DNA of 64,000 nt from Minutocellus sp. GHC0000111 (GCA_977018835.1 OZ361258.1:1984001-2048000), one strand, 5' to 3'. Shown: positions 24,678 through 36,200, counted from the stretch's first letter. Numbers and translations are program-made. Notes: a model not told the origin generated them from the sequence alone.

Positions 24678-25880
24678 ATGGCAGCCTTCGCTACGTTCCA
24701 ACAATGTGCCACATTTCTTTTAGTTTTTGCCGCGTCAGAATCGTTTGCATTTCAAGCGCCATTATTTCACTTAGGGTCGGCATCATATCTAGATTCTGTC
24801 GAAAAGGCATCGGGAGATCGAACTTCAACTGTTGGCAATAGTGTTGGTGGACCATCCACACCAGGTACAGATCCCTATGCAATAGATGACAAAACGACCT
24901 CGGTGTGCCATCGAATATTTCCCGAATATGCGAGAGATGATGGATGCGTTCACAGCCTTGATGCCGGCTACCTCTTCAGCATGTCAGGCGCAGACCTTGG
25001 GCTTTTAAGACATGTGTGGGCAATGGCCGATGGCAGCGATGCCGCCCCAGACGATAAACTGAACGAATGGGAGTTTACTGTTGCGATGCACCTAATCGTT
25101 TGCATAACCAGAAAGGGTATGGCAGTGCCGAGTTCCTTGCCCCCAGGACTTCGACGCGGTCGGAAAAGTGAAAGAACAAAGATGTCAGCAAAGCCTTCGG
25201 CAGATGTAAGATATAGCCCACAGGATCAGTATCGGGAATACCAGGAGAAAATACAGCAGCAGTATAGGCAGCAATTGCAACAACAAGAGGAAACTTCGGC
25301 ACAAAACCAGCAACCACAGACTCGGCAAGCCTCTGCCTCACAATCAATACCGATGAATACACCAGCTCGAGAAAGGTTGCCAGACAACATGCATTTGGAA
25401 TCAATGCCAGGGAAAGGGTTGGGAGTGATAACTGACGTACCGATAGCAAAGGGCGCTTTAGTTGGGGACTACAAGGGTGAAGTTATGACTCTGGAGGAAA
25501 AGGACAGAAGATATTTGGAATCCTTGTCACACCTTCGAACCGAGGAAGACCAGGAGTGGCTTCAGTCTCGTCTAGATAGAGGGCAGACGGCAACAGGAAC
25601 ATATCTCTATGGCATTGCAATTCCAGATCCACGACACGGCGTTGGTAAACCAAAGGGTCATATCTTTGTGGATGCCGAGGATGAATATTGCAGTCTTTGG
25701 ACTCGATTCATAAATCACTCGTCGCCCCCGAATGATAACCTCAAGCCCCAATCGCTTCATGTGGGATGGGACGGCAATCCTCGAGTATGGTTCACGGCCA
25801 AGAGAGATATAAAGGCAGGCGAAGAGTTGACGTTCAATTATGGTGAAGATTATTGGCTCGAAGGTGATAATGTCGTTTAA
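24678..25880 (+). CDS. SET-domain methyltransferase with an N-terminal signal peptide and an EH-like domain
   Basis: SET motifs GKGLGV, GDYKGE, RFINHS and GEELTFNYG are present. The EH-like segment is SGADLGLLRHVWAMAD...LNEWEFTVAMHLI. Confidence 0.85.
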   Translation: MAAFATFQQCATFLLVFAASESFAFQAPLFHLGSASYLDSVEKASGDRTSTVGNSVGGPSTPGTDPYAIDDKTTSVCHRIFPEYARDDGCVHSLDAGYLFSMSGADLGLLRHVWAMADGSDAAPDDKLNEWEFTVAMHLIVCITRKGMAVPSSLPPGLRRGRKSERTKMSAKPSADVRYSPQDQYREYQEKIQQQYRQQLQQQEETSAQNQQPQTRQASASQSIPMNTPARERLPDNMHLESMPGKGLGVITDVPIAKGALVGDYKGEVMTLEEKDRRYLESLSHLRTEEDQEWLQSRLDRGQTATGTYLYGIAIPDPRHGVGKPKGHIFVDAEDEYCSLWTRFINHSSPPNDNLKPQSLHVGWDGNPRVWFTAKRDIKAGEELTFNYGEDYWLEGDNVV

Positions 25881-26225
25881 TTGATTCTTTCTTTTGACCA
25901 AAATATAGTAGTTCCTACACGTACCGGTACACCCCTTGAGAGCATGCTTGGCCTTGCTTGAAGAACACCTCACTCTCCATCCATCAGAAACGGGGGAGAT
26001 CCAATTGGGGAGATCCCCAAATCTGGGAAACAGCAGGTCAAGGGTCGTCAAGGGACCAAGGTGCAATCTGCAAATCGCTATCGCGCATGCCCGGCTTAGA
26101 GGCTGCTACATGTATGCTACGAGGCTCGCGTATCGTGTAGTGATGGAGTCGAGTTGAGTTGCTGTCTGGAAGCCGCGCATTTCATCATATTTTTTCCTTT
26201 AAGGGGACCCTTAAATCGTGCATCC

Positions 26226-29200
26226 ATGGATAGCGCCGGAGGAGGAGGCGGCGGCGGTGGGCTGCTCTCCGAGCCCGACGACGAGCGGTACCTGTCCGCC
26301 CTCGTTTGCTTCGTTCGGCAGAACATCGAGTACTTCGAGGCGATCGAGGCCGACGAGAAGGCCCGAAGGCAGTCGGGTGGGTTCAACTTCCCCATCACGC
26401 CCGGGCGGGTGGGCATCCGCTGCGTCCACTGCCGGGACCTGCCGCCGAGGCAGAGGGGGAGCGGCAGCACCGGCTTTCCCAAGTCGGTCGCTCTCATCAA
26501 TCAGGCCGTCCGGAACTACCAGCGGTACCACATCAAGGTATGCCCCTCCATGCCAGAGGACGTGCGGGAGCGCTACGCATAGCTCAAGGGCAAGAGTCGC
26601 TTCTTGCCGTCGGCTTATCAACGCACCGGCGGTCCCAGTGGCGGTACTGGTATTACTGCAATGACTCCATTGCAATATTGGGACCACACCTCCCGCCGGA
26701 GGGGCTTGGTCGATACCAGCAGTGATGGGGTGCGCTTCCAGAGGGGGGATACCTCTTCTAGTTCTACTGCGAGTAGTAGCATTATGGTCAATGGTGTTGC
26801 TGCATTTCCTGCCGCTGATGCTGTCGCCAATGCCGATTCCGATTCGCAAGACAGTGCCACACTCACTAGTAGCATGCAAAATGCTTCAGACATGGCTTCT
26901 TCTACTGGTGGTAGCGCTTCTCCAACGATTGCGGCTCATTACGGAGCAACCCTACTCGACAATTCCTCCGGCACGATGGTGTCTAACCGTAATCCTCAAG
27001 AGGAGCCACACAATCAGAAAGCGGAGACGGCGGAAACGGCACGAAGAGAAGCGACAACAGCGGTGGCGCCATCATCGACGCGCGAAATGATACTAGAACG
27101 GGTCCGGCTTGCCTACAACATGGTGCAGATGACGGCGGAGATGAGAGGCTTCGACATTGGCGATGAGACGAACGGCACTGGGCCAGCTGCTGTCGACGTG
27201 GAGGATCTTTATCAGCTTGGGATTGACCTCTATGAGTTGTTGACAGGACGCTCATACGATGCAGCATCGACCAAAGAAGAGGCGGTAGATGAAGCTCTCG
27301 AAGCCGAGGAGGACGCCGTGCAGAATGATTCCGATGCCAAAACGGCCGAGGAGCAGGATATCAGATCCAGCAAACGAGGGCGGAGGGTAGCAAGTCTGTT
27401 TTCTCTTGGCGATCTTGGCTTTCCCGAACAGCTGAGGAATCTGGTGTCAGCACTCCTTTCTATGGGGGATCCCGGGACGTCCTTCAATCACATAGGCAAG
27501 TACTCGTCTTTTGAGGGTGTTTGTGATGATTTGAGGGCGATGATAGGGTGCCCAGACATGTATTTATTTTACGACTCTGCCGACCGTTCTGTTCCAAAGT
27601 TGGATTTTCCGGAGGACAAAATTTATGGCAGAGAGGCAGAGTTGATGGCATTGATGACGGCCTACGATAGAAGTATAGCACGTTCTGTGCCATGCCAATC
27701 AGCAGAGAAGAAGAGAGAAATTGTGCTCGTGAGGGGGCATAGTGGAGCTGGTACGTTATAAACAATGGTTTTTGGAAAGTCTTAGCACGGTGTATTCAAC
27801 ACGATATCGGTGACATGTTCAAGCTGATTCTTTCCTTGTTCTTTTCTTCTTCTTTCTCCTACGCCAAAAGGCAAAACCTGTCTTGTAAATCAAGTCCGGT
27901 GGCCCCTGTCCCTAATGGGCGGGTACTTCGTTGCCGCTAAGTTTGATCAACTGGGACAGGTTACTCCTCTCGCTGCTTTTTCAGGAGCACTGAATTCTCT
28001 TTGCGATATGATATCCAAACAAAGCAACGAGCAAGCCCGCAAAGCTGTTCGGCGAGCTCTTGGTACCGATTCCAGTATACTACTAAACTTTATGCCGAGT
28101 ATCTCAAATGCTGTTGGTGTTGGCAATGCTGGAGCCGAGACATCTGGTGCCTCTTTTGTCGGAACAGAGTCAAAGGATAGAATTTACTTTCTATTCCAAA
28201 CATTTCTCCGCGCAGTCTCGGCGATTCAACCGATTATAGCATTCTTTGATGACTTGCAATGGATTGATGAATCAAGTCTTGAACTGCTAAAGTTACTTAT
28301 TGCTGACAATGAAATCCGATGGATGTTTATTGGCGCATATCGAACGAATGAGGTGTCTGTTGACCATCCTTTCGCAATGGCTGTGCGCTCGCTGGAGTCT
28401 CTGGGCGTTGGAGTTACAAATATTGAGGTTGAAAACATGACGGGTGCAGATGTAAACAACTTGATAGCAGATGTACTGGGTCTCTCCAAGAATCAAACCG
28501 GAGATCTATCCGATATTGTCCACCGCAAAACCCAAGGCTTGACCCTCTTTGTCGTACAATTCATCAAGAGCATTCATGACCAAGGGCTGTTGCGCTATTC
28601 GTTGTCGCACCGCCGCTGGGAATGGAATGCTGCTGAGATCGACAGGACCGCGGTTGCGGATGACGTTGTGCAATTGATTCTATCTAAAATGCGCAGGCTT
28701 CCATTATCGGTTATGCATTGGATCAAGCTTGCGTCATGTTTTGGTTTCCATTGCGAGGAGCAGGTCCTGACGCATCTTATTGGCCATACCTTTGGGCAAT
28801 CACACTCGTCTTGCGACCCAGGAGACGCATTGTCCGTTGGTATCAAGGAAGGGCTTTTGTTCAAGCAAAATGATCACTTCATGTTTGCCCATGATAAGAT
28901 CCATGATGCCGCCTATTCTTTGGTCGGAGGTGGCGATTCCGCTGGTAGAGCGGCAATCCACTACCAAATTGCATCGATCTTATCGCAAAATACACCAAAG
29001 AACAAGCTTGAGGATATTATATTTATAATCCTCGAGCAGTACCGGATGGGAATGAGCGCAATTTTTAGCCCTGCACAATTCAACCATAACGACGACGAGA
29101 GGATGAATATCGTTGAGTTGCACCTTCGAGGTGGTCAGCGAGCTGCTTCGATGCTTTCCTTCGCAGCTGCATGCTCATACTACAGTCAGGGAATATCGCT

Positions 29201-30512
29201 TATTTCTGAAGATGATTGGAAACATTATTACAACGAAGTACTTGAAATACATACCTGCCACGTTGAGGCGCTGTTTGTGTGCGGTTCATTCGATTTAGTC
29301 TAAGCCTTTGCACAGAATGTCTTTGCGCACTCCACTTGCGTTGTAGACAAGGCCCGAGCATTTGCAAAAAATATCGATACAATGTTCATACGTGGAAAGC
29401 CTCTTGAGGCAATTGAACTCGCCTTTTCGTTTCTCGAACAGCTAGGCGAAAAGATGTGCAGTCTTGATGTGAGCGACATCAAGGCTGCAACCCGCGCGCA
29501 AAGAGATCTTACCATGTCGCTACTTGAAAAGACGAGCCGAGATGAACTAATGGACTTGCCTCTCCTTGACAATGAAGCCAAAGGGATCGCAATGAAAATT
29601 CTCACCCAATGCTTCTTCATGTCGTTTTTTGCCTACCAAAGTTTCGAGTTCTGAATTGCCTTTAGTACTTGGTTAAGCTTACCTTTTTCTTTTTTCTATC
29701 CCTGTCTTTACAGTTTGAGCTTTTCTTCATCCACAATGTCGGCTCTGCAATCAGGGTCTAATCTATTGTCTCTTGACCGCGATGTGAGGCATCATTATGA
29801 GCTTTTCCTTTCAAGAGGACAAATTCCCCCCTTTTCAATTATAAGGCCGGCAGCGCAGTGCCTAGCTAATCTGGTATCACCAGAAATCCCATCACCGACA
29901 GACTTGTCAGGAGAGATACTTGACGCAAATAGCTTCCTAGCCTCTGCTGTTGACAAGAACAATGCCCCTTCAATAAGTGCCTACCACTTCTTTTCATCGT
30001 TTCTTTCCTACATTTTCAGAGAGTATGAAACTGCATTCGAGCTATCAGAAATGTGTCAAAATGCACCGCTAGACCTACCGGTGCGAGGAGTAATCCACAT
30101 CAATGAATTGTTTTATTCTGCTTTGGCACAAGCTGCGGTCTTGCTGCCCGGCTCGGCAACCGAAAACGACCTCAAGCCCATCCTTGCAGCGGAAAAGAAG
30201 ATTTCTATTTATGCGGAAAGTTCTGATTGGAATTTTGGGCACAAGCTAGAGATGCTTTCAGCAGAGATATTTGCCCTCAAGGGTGATCATTGCGCTGCGA
30301 TCAAAGCCTACGATGCTGCTATTTCAAAAGCTGGCCAGCATTACTTTGTACACGAACAGGCCATAGCATACGAAAGAGCTGGAATGCTTCTCAATGACTT
30401 AGAGACAAGTGGAGCCAGAGCGTCAGAATATTTGCGCAATGCGAAGAAAAAATATGAAGAATGGGGGGCGATGCGGAAGGTCAAAGATCTGACCGACAGA
30501 CATGTGTTTTGA
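26226..30512 (+). pseudogene. Multidomain STAND/AAA ATPase (COG3899-like) with an N-terminal 'VGIRCxHC' domain, kinase remnant and TPR-like tail; disrupted
   Basis: P-loop GHSGAG|KT is rebuilt across intron 27751-27870. Also present are FFDDLQWID, GAYR, KTQGLTLFV, FAHDKI, HEQAIAYERAG and WGA. There are in-frame stops TAG 26580-26582 and TAA 29301-29303, and a probable intron/deletion at ~29641-29713. Confidence 0.8.
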
Positions 30513-31177
30513 GGAAAAGAAAAAATTGCAGCTCTACACCAGATATGCTAGACTAACTGGAACTGTAGTGGGCATATGAACCTCCTCTACTACTCACAGG
30601 CTTACTACTACCGGTATCTATCAAGGAGAGTAAGCTATCATGAGACGAGAGGAGAGACTATGGTGAACGATCTCCGAGGCGAAGCCATGGCACCTGAGGA
30701 TCTCCGGGTTCAAACTACCGCCACTCTTCGAAGGTCGGTGTATTCAGTCAATACTCGAGACCTGAAGGAGAGCACAATATGTCCCGCCCCTATTGGAAGC
30801 TCAGTGCATCCCGCTCCTATTGAGATGTAGATCGAATCAGATGTAGATCTATAGAACTTCCGACATAAACTCAAACAGATCCAAAGCGAAAGTAAGCAAT
30901 CCTCAAGCCATACCCAAATAATATTCTCCAAATCTCCGACAAGAAGCAAATGATGGCTCCACCAAATATATCCAATCTAATCTGGGGCTAGCGCATCCGA
31001 TAAAACAACCGCCATTGCAGGAGGCTGAGTCGAGGGGACGATAAAAGGGTTTATAGACGCAACCTCAGCTTCAAATGTATCTTCTTGATCTATTGCAATC
31101 GCCGCCCTTGGCGCAGCCACTGCAGCAAGCAGAGGCACTGCCCTCAAAGTGAGCACTGGCAGAATCCAACTCCTCTA

Positions 31178-31800
31178 TCAAGTCCGTTTTATACGGGTCA
31201 AATCGCGAACCGCCGGATCAAGTCAGTTTTATACGGGTCAAATAATACGGAGCGGCAAAGTCAAATTACAAACAACGATCAAAATCTTAGATTGGCGGGT
31301 TTGGTGGCGGATTTATGAATTTCCTGAGATTCGTGGCAGGAGCAGATTTATCATTACAATTTGTGGTAGGAGCGGATTTGTAACTCGGCTGGATTTGTGA
31401 ATTACAATTCGTAAATTGGCAAAATTCGTGACAGAAGCGGATTCGTGAACTGTGGTTTGTAAAGTAAATTGGCAGGATTTGTGGCGAATTTGTGAGTTAT
31501 GATTCGTAAGCTAGAAGAAATTGTAGCGGATTTTTGAAAATGTAATTCTTAAATTGGCGGGTTTGGTGGCGGATTTATGAATTAGGTGGCGGATTCACAA
31601 AGAAAATTTCCCAAATCCGCAGGATTGGTTTAAATCAACAGAATTGGTGGTGAATTTTTGAATTGCAATTAGTAAATTCGCAGAATTTGTGGCAGGAGCG
31701 GATTTGTGAATTTGCAGGATTGGTGGCGGATTTATGAATTACGTTTCATAAATTGGCAGTTTCTGGGCGGATTTACGGATTGTAATTCCTAAACATGCAA
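31178..31800. repeat. Degenerate, strand-skewed tandem array of GGCGGATTT(G/A)TGAATT / GTAAATTGGC motifs
   Basis: Many imperfect copies lie between 31290 and 31790. They are preceded by two copies of TCAAGTCmGTTTTATACGGGTCAAAT. Confidence 0.8.
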
Positions 31801-32103
31801 TTTGACGTTGAGGTTTGTGCCTCGCAAGCTGGCCTGGCCACTAAAAATAAGGCCATTTCTACCAAGAACTAAGGCCTCAGAGCAAGCCAGTCAATAACAG
31901 CATGCCTGCTTTCTCTTTGGAAAAATCAGTGCTTCCAGGCACCAAAGCCAGCCTAGCCCATTTCCGAGGCTGAAACTGAAAGTAGTTGGCCGGGTACATG
32001 TAAGGCCCTTAGTCTGCACGGCCAAAAGTGCGCCAATTTCCATAGACTTTGCGAGCCAGAAAGCCAGAATGCCCAATTGCGACGTAAATAAGCTACTTTC
32101 ATA

Positions 32104-32291
32104 CAGTCCGTCCCCAGCAATAAGCATATTTAATATGCTTATCTGAGGGCTTAGATTTTGGACTTTATGCTTATTCTAATATTAATTTCTTAGTATAAAC
32201 AATACAGTCGGCTTGCTATTTCCTTATTCTAAAATAAGCATATTGAGGGCTTAGCAAAAGTACCAATATGCTTATTGCTGGGGACGGACTG
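32104..32291. mobile_element. 188-bp MITE of Tc1/mariner-pogo type
   Basis: Perfect 27-bp TIRs CAGTCCGTCCCCAGCAATAAGCATATT (32104-32130 / 32265-32291) with TA on both sides. Internal ATAAGCATATT sub-repeats are present. Confidence 0.92.
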
Positions 32292-32387
32292 TACGTTTAT
32301 CCGCCACCCTAGTTTATTTCAACTATTTTAAATTCGGTAGACTCGGATGCTAAATTGGCCACGCCCACCCTCTAAGGTGGTGACGTC

Positions 32388-32573
32388 ATGTGGACTGTCT
32401 TAGAGGGCGCCCGGGCCCATTTCTACTTATTGGAGCGCAATTTGTTCCCGGTAATGAATCAATCAACCGGAGTTGTGAGTCGCAGGGAGTGGAAGTGTCG
32501 TTGTGGCCGCCGTTTCAATGACTGTCGTGCTCTTGCCCAACACAGTAGCGATACTGGTCATCAGCCGATGTAA
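32388..32573 (+). other. Isolated C2H2-like zinc finger ORF or fragment
   Basis: WKCRCGRRFNDCRALAQHSSDTGH resembles a C2H2 finger (C-x-C...F...L..H....H, short Cys spacing). No upstream exon was identified. Confidence 0.45.
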
Positions 32574-32667
32574 ATTTAATTCAGGTAGATCGAAAATAGC
32601 AAAGTAGGTGTTGGTGCAGTGGCTATAGTTACCGCGAACATACATGCATCGCATAGCTCTGCATTTT

Positions 32668-34059
32668 TTACTTCTTTTGGCAAAAATAAAATAGATTGTC
32701 ACCCTTACGAGAGCATGATCGAAAGGATTCGTCCTCTTCTAGCATTTTCCCTTCATCCTCTCTTCGTCGACGCCTCTCCAAATACACCGGAATGTGATTG
32801 TAACAGCTTGATGATACCTTCTTGCATCCTCTTAGATTCAATCTTTCGAGGCTGGGTGCATTCTTTGCCAACATCTCAACGGCAGCGTCGGTTACATCTG
32901 GACTAAACGCCAAGTCCACCAACCGCAGTTTTCCGCTTCTTGCTGATTCTGACTCGGAAAGTGCCAATAGTATGTCATCGGTGGCTCCATATCGGAGCGA
33001 GAATGTTTCTAGGCGTTTAGAAGACCGCAAAGCATCGCAGGATATCATATTTAGCGCATCTCCCTTGCATACATGGCTCATGTCGAGATTGATGATATTT
33101 GATAATGCCGCCACAGTATTAGGACCCAGCAAACTGGATCGCAAGGCGAGTCTATAGTGGCCTGCGCCCTTGTTGTAACGTAAATTTCGACACCCTCCCA
33201 GATCGAGTGCCGAGAGCAATCCACTGGCTCCCCGAGGGAAATCGATTCGAATTAGGTTAGAACACCCGCCAGCGTCAAGGGACCGTAGGGAAGGATTCAG
33301 ATTCAAGAATTGTAAATTGCCGCAAGCACGGACCGAGAGCTGTTCCAAACAATGCAGGGACGAAACATCCAGTTCTTCTAGAAAGCTTCGGAGCAGACGA
33401 GGCTTCTTGCCCTTCCTAACTATCTCAGCTACCAATGGCATTGGCCCAGATCTTCCAGCCATCGAGGGCGGCAGTAGTGAAGTTGTACAATATTCAAATG
33501 TTGACGAGGACGAGCTCAGGTCGAGCGAGACCAGATTTTGGGTTAGCGCACAAAGACTCTCGATTCGAATGGCACACTGAAAACTTCCACGAAATGGCAA
33601 ACGAGTGTTTGTCAGCGATTGCCAATGCCCGGCAGATATCGCATCTGCACGGCTGGCATTTATGAGACAATCACTTGCAAATTTGAGCTTGCCAGTTTGG
33701 CTTTCAGTTGAAAGAGTCGCCGGCTGAGGGAGATGGCCACGTACTCGTCGGACTGGTCCTGCTTTGGGCGACGATTTCTTATCATCCTTGCTATTGAAAT
33801 CTGGCTTTTTCTCTACCAGCGTTCCTGCAAACGAAACAAGCCCAACATTGTTTACCCTCCCATGCAAAATACTTGGAAGTTCTGAATGCGCTGGGAGAGC
33901 TGGGCCGCGAAGTCGAAGTGTGAGACATCCCGCGCCAGCGGCATGACTCCAGCGCTTGCAAACACCGCGGCATCCTATGGACTCCCGGGCATTGAGGTAG
34001 AGGAATATTGCCGAAAGGGCTTCGTTGGGGAGCAGCTGGTCGACTACATGTAACGTCAT
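32668..34059 (-). CDS. F-box / leucine-rich repeat (FBXL-like) protein
   Basis: F-box LPNEALSAIFLYL...CRGVCKRW, followed by LRRs such as LRSLDAGGCSNL, LDLGGCRNL and LERLNLRGCKKV. Confidence 0.85.
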   Translation of the reverse strand: MTLHVVDQLLPNEALSAIFLYLNARESIGCRGVCKRWSHAAGAGCLTLRLRGPALPAHSELPSILHGRVNNVGLVSFAGTLVEKKPDFNSKDDKKSSPKAGPVRRVRGHLPQPATLSTESQTGKLKFASDCLINASRADAISAGHWQSLTNTRLPFRGSFQCAIRIESLCALTQNLVSLDLSSSSSTFEYCTTSLLPPSMAGRSGPMPLVAEIVRKGKKPRLLRSFLEELDVSSLHCLEQLSVRACGNLQFLNLNPSLRSLDAGGCSNLIRIDFPRGASGLLSALDLGGCRNLRYNKGAGHYRLALRSSLLGPNTVAALSNIINLDMSHVCKGDALNMISCDALRSSKRLETFSLRYGATDDILLALSESESARSGKLRLVDLAFSPDVTDAAVEMLAKNAPSLERLNLRGCKKVSSSCYNHIPVYLERRRRREDEGKMLEEDESFRSCSRKGDNLFYFCQKK

Positions 34060-34418
34060 CGGTAATACTGCCGAGACAGCTTCCGCCGCGCCGTAAAAAT
34101 GAAGTTTGGCAATTTAGCAAAGACATGATTTACGGGGGAATATCTGGGAAAAATCGAAATTCAGAGGGGGAAACAAATAAATATGCCTCCCTTTCATGCG
34201 ATTATTGAAGTATGGCCAAACCTTACGCGGTCATTTTTTTCCCAAGCCGATTAGTTCCAGCAAACCTTGTGTTGGTTTTCGCCCAGAGAAGCAAAGGAGG
34301 CAGAGAGGGGACCCATTTTCTTTTCCTTGCTTTATTGTATTCACATAATTTGACCAATTCTTCCAGGAATCCATTCCAAGAGAGACGGTCGCCTTCCTCC
34401 CCAAGCTTATCGGCACGA

Positions 34419-35972
34419 ATGACCTCCTCGGACCGAGCAGTCCCTCATCGTCATCGGAGGCCGACGGTTGCTAGTAATAAACGCACCGCCATGCTCGCTG
34501 TCCTCTCCGCCGCGGTTCTTTTGCTTTCCTCCACAAACGCATTTGTGGAGGCTTCGAAGGCATCTTCCGGTCGGGATGCATCGGTGAACCTCCTCACTTC
34601 CGCTGGTGGCAATAAATACCATCAGAAACGTCATTTGCGCGCAGCTAAAAAAGCCGGTGGGCGAACCCTGGACGATGCCACGATTGCGTTGGAGGCGGCC
34701 GAACAGGCCGAGGAAGAGGAAGAGGCAGAAGAGGAGCCCATGGTCCTCCAAGAAGAAGAGGACGAGGACGAGGAACAGCACGACGAGGATGGCCGCGATC
34801 CCATCCCCGAGGTGGAAGATCAAGATGAGGACGAGGACCTGACCCCCGAGGAAGAGGCCGCGGCCGAGGAGCTTACCGGTGAGGACAAGGATGACGCCGT
34901 CGAGATCGTTGAGGATGAGGCCGGTGAATCATCTCCCGCCGGAGATGAGGAATTGGAGGACTCCACACCCGCCGATGACGAGGATGAGCCGTCGGAAATT
35001 CCGGAGGATGCCGCCGAGTCCCCCGAGATTGCCGAAGAGGAAGCATCGCCGGCCAAGGGTACCACCGAAGAGGGTACTACCGGTGACGATGCAGGTGACG
35101 ATGCTGACAATGCAGGTGACGACGAGGACGAAGCACCGGCCGACGACCTCACAGATGAAGAGGAAGCTCTGGACGAGGAGATCCTTGACGAGCTGGTCAA
35201 CGAGGAGGGAAACCTTCCCGAAGATGTCGTGGAGGAGATCAACGACGAGATCGAGGGCATTCTGGATGCCGTTGCCGAGGCCACCAGCGGTGAACCGACC
35301 ATGGCGGAGACTGTCATGGATTCCATTGAAGATAATGAGGGCGATGAGACATTCGATGAAGATACCGAGCAGTGGACTCCCGTCGGTGCACCGACTGTTG
35401 ACCAGGAGCCGGTCCAGGCCCCGACGGTCGACTACGGCAATGACATGGCTGGACCGGCACCCACTGCAGATTACTTTGAGTTCAAGATGACTCCCGAGCC
35501 CACCAAGCCGTACACCCCGCCTGACGAGGACTACGATCCTCTCGACGGCATTGATGCCGAGGAAGAGGAGAGCAGCCTGTACGGTAGCACCGGTAGTGGT
35601 AGTGGCAAGGAACCCGTCGAAAGTCCCTTCGAGGACGGATCGTGGCAAGATGAGGCCTACAAGACTGCCTACGATTGGCTCAACGGCGGCGATGGCGAAG
35701 AGGATATGGCAGCTGTGATCCGTGACCAGCGCGTCAAGGTTGCCGTTGGTGTTTTGCTGGGTTTGGGAGTTATGCTTGCCCTCGTTACCGCGAGCTGCGC
35801 TCTGAACAATCCCGACGGTCTGTGCGCCGGTTGCTGCCGTCTCATGCTCAAGCTCATCAGTTGTATTTGCCACATCCTCTGTTTGCCCTGCCGCATCTGC
35901 TGCGGTGGCAAGAGACAAGAGGAGCGACAGGGTGCCACGCTGGTTGGACGGAGTGATCTTGAGTTCTCTTAA
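34419..35972 (+). CDS. Highly acidic type I membrane protein with an RxL motif and Cys-rich tail
   Basis: Signal peptide MLAVLSAAVLLLSSTNA, KRHLR, a very long Asp/Glu-rich region, one TM (VAVGVLLGLGVMLALV) and a Cys cluster after the TM. Confidence 0.8.
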   Translation: MTSSDRAVPHRHRRPTVASNKRTAMLAVLSAAVLLLSSTNAFVEASKASSGRDASVNLLTSAGGNKYHQKRHLRAAKKAGGRTLDDATIALEAAEQAEEEEEAEEEPMVLQEEEDEDEEQHDEDGRDPIPEVEDQDEDEDLTPEEEAAAEELTGEDKDDAVEIVEDEAGESSPAGDEELEDSTPADDEDEPSEIPEDAAESPEIAEEEASPAKGTTEEGTTGDDAGDDADNAGDDEDEAPADDLTDEEEALDEEILDELVNEEGNLPEDVVEEINDEIEGILDAVAEATSGEPTMAETVMDSIEDNEGDETFDEDTEQWTPVGAPTVDQEPVQAPTVDYGNDMAGPAPTADYFEFKMTPEPTKPYTPPDEDYDPLDGIDAEEEESSLYGSTGSGSGKEPVESPFEDGSWQDEAYKTAYDWLNGGDGEEDMAAVIRDQRVKVAVGVLLGLGVMLALVTASCALNNPDGLCAGCCRLMLKLISCICHILCLPCRICCGGKRQEERQGATLVGRSDLEFS

Positions 35973-36200
35973 TCTCTCAAGTGATGGTAAGAGCGAATCT
36001 CTCTAGCTAGCCAGTTATAGGGAGAGCACGCTACTGATTAATAAAATGCTCGCTGTGGTCGAAAGAGAGAATTGCAAAAATTCCACAAACAATTAAAGAT
36101 AATTTGATAGAAGATTTTGATTTGCCTTGAGCTGCAATATATGATCGTACTTCTAGACTAGAAGCACTTCTATTTTTTGATCTGATCTATCTTCTAATTT

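Noticed and set aside
26199..26214. TTAAGGGGACCCTTAA mini-palindrome as a TTAA-type transposon relic
   Set aside because: It is too short to distinguish from chance.
30564..31124. Possible solo LTR (TGTAGTGG...CCACTGCA)
   Set aside because: The flanks GGAAC and GCAAG do not form a TSD and there is no second copy in the window.
31290..31790. CRISPR-like array
   Set aside because: The repeats are degenerate with irregular spacing and no unique spacers, there are no cas genes, and the context is eukaryotic.
34820..35918. Antisense ORFs over the acidic protein (similar cases at 53346-55056 and 55966-57243)
   Set aside because: They are shadow ORFs arising from biased, low-complexity coding sequence.
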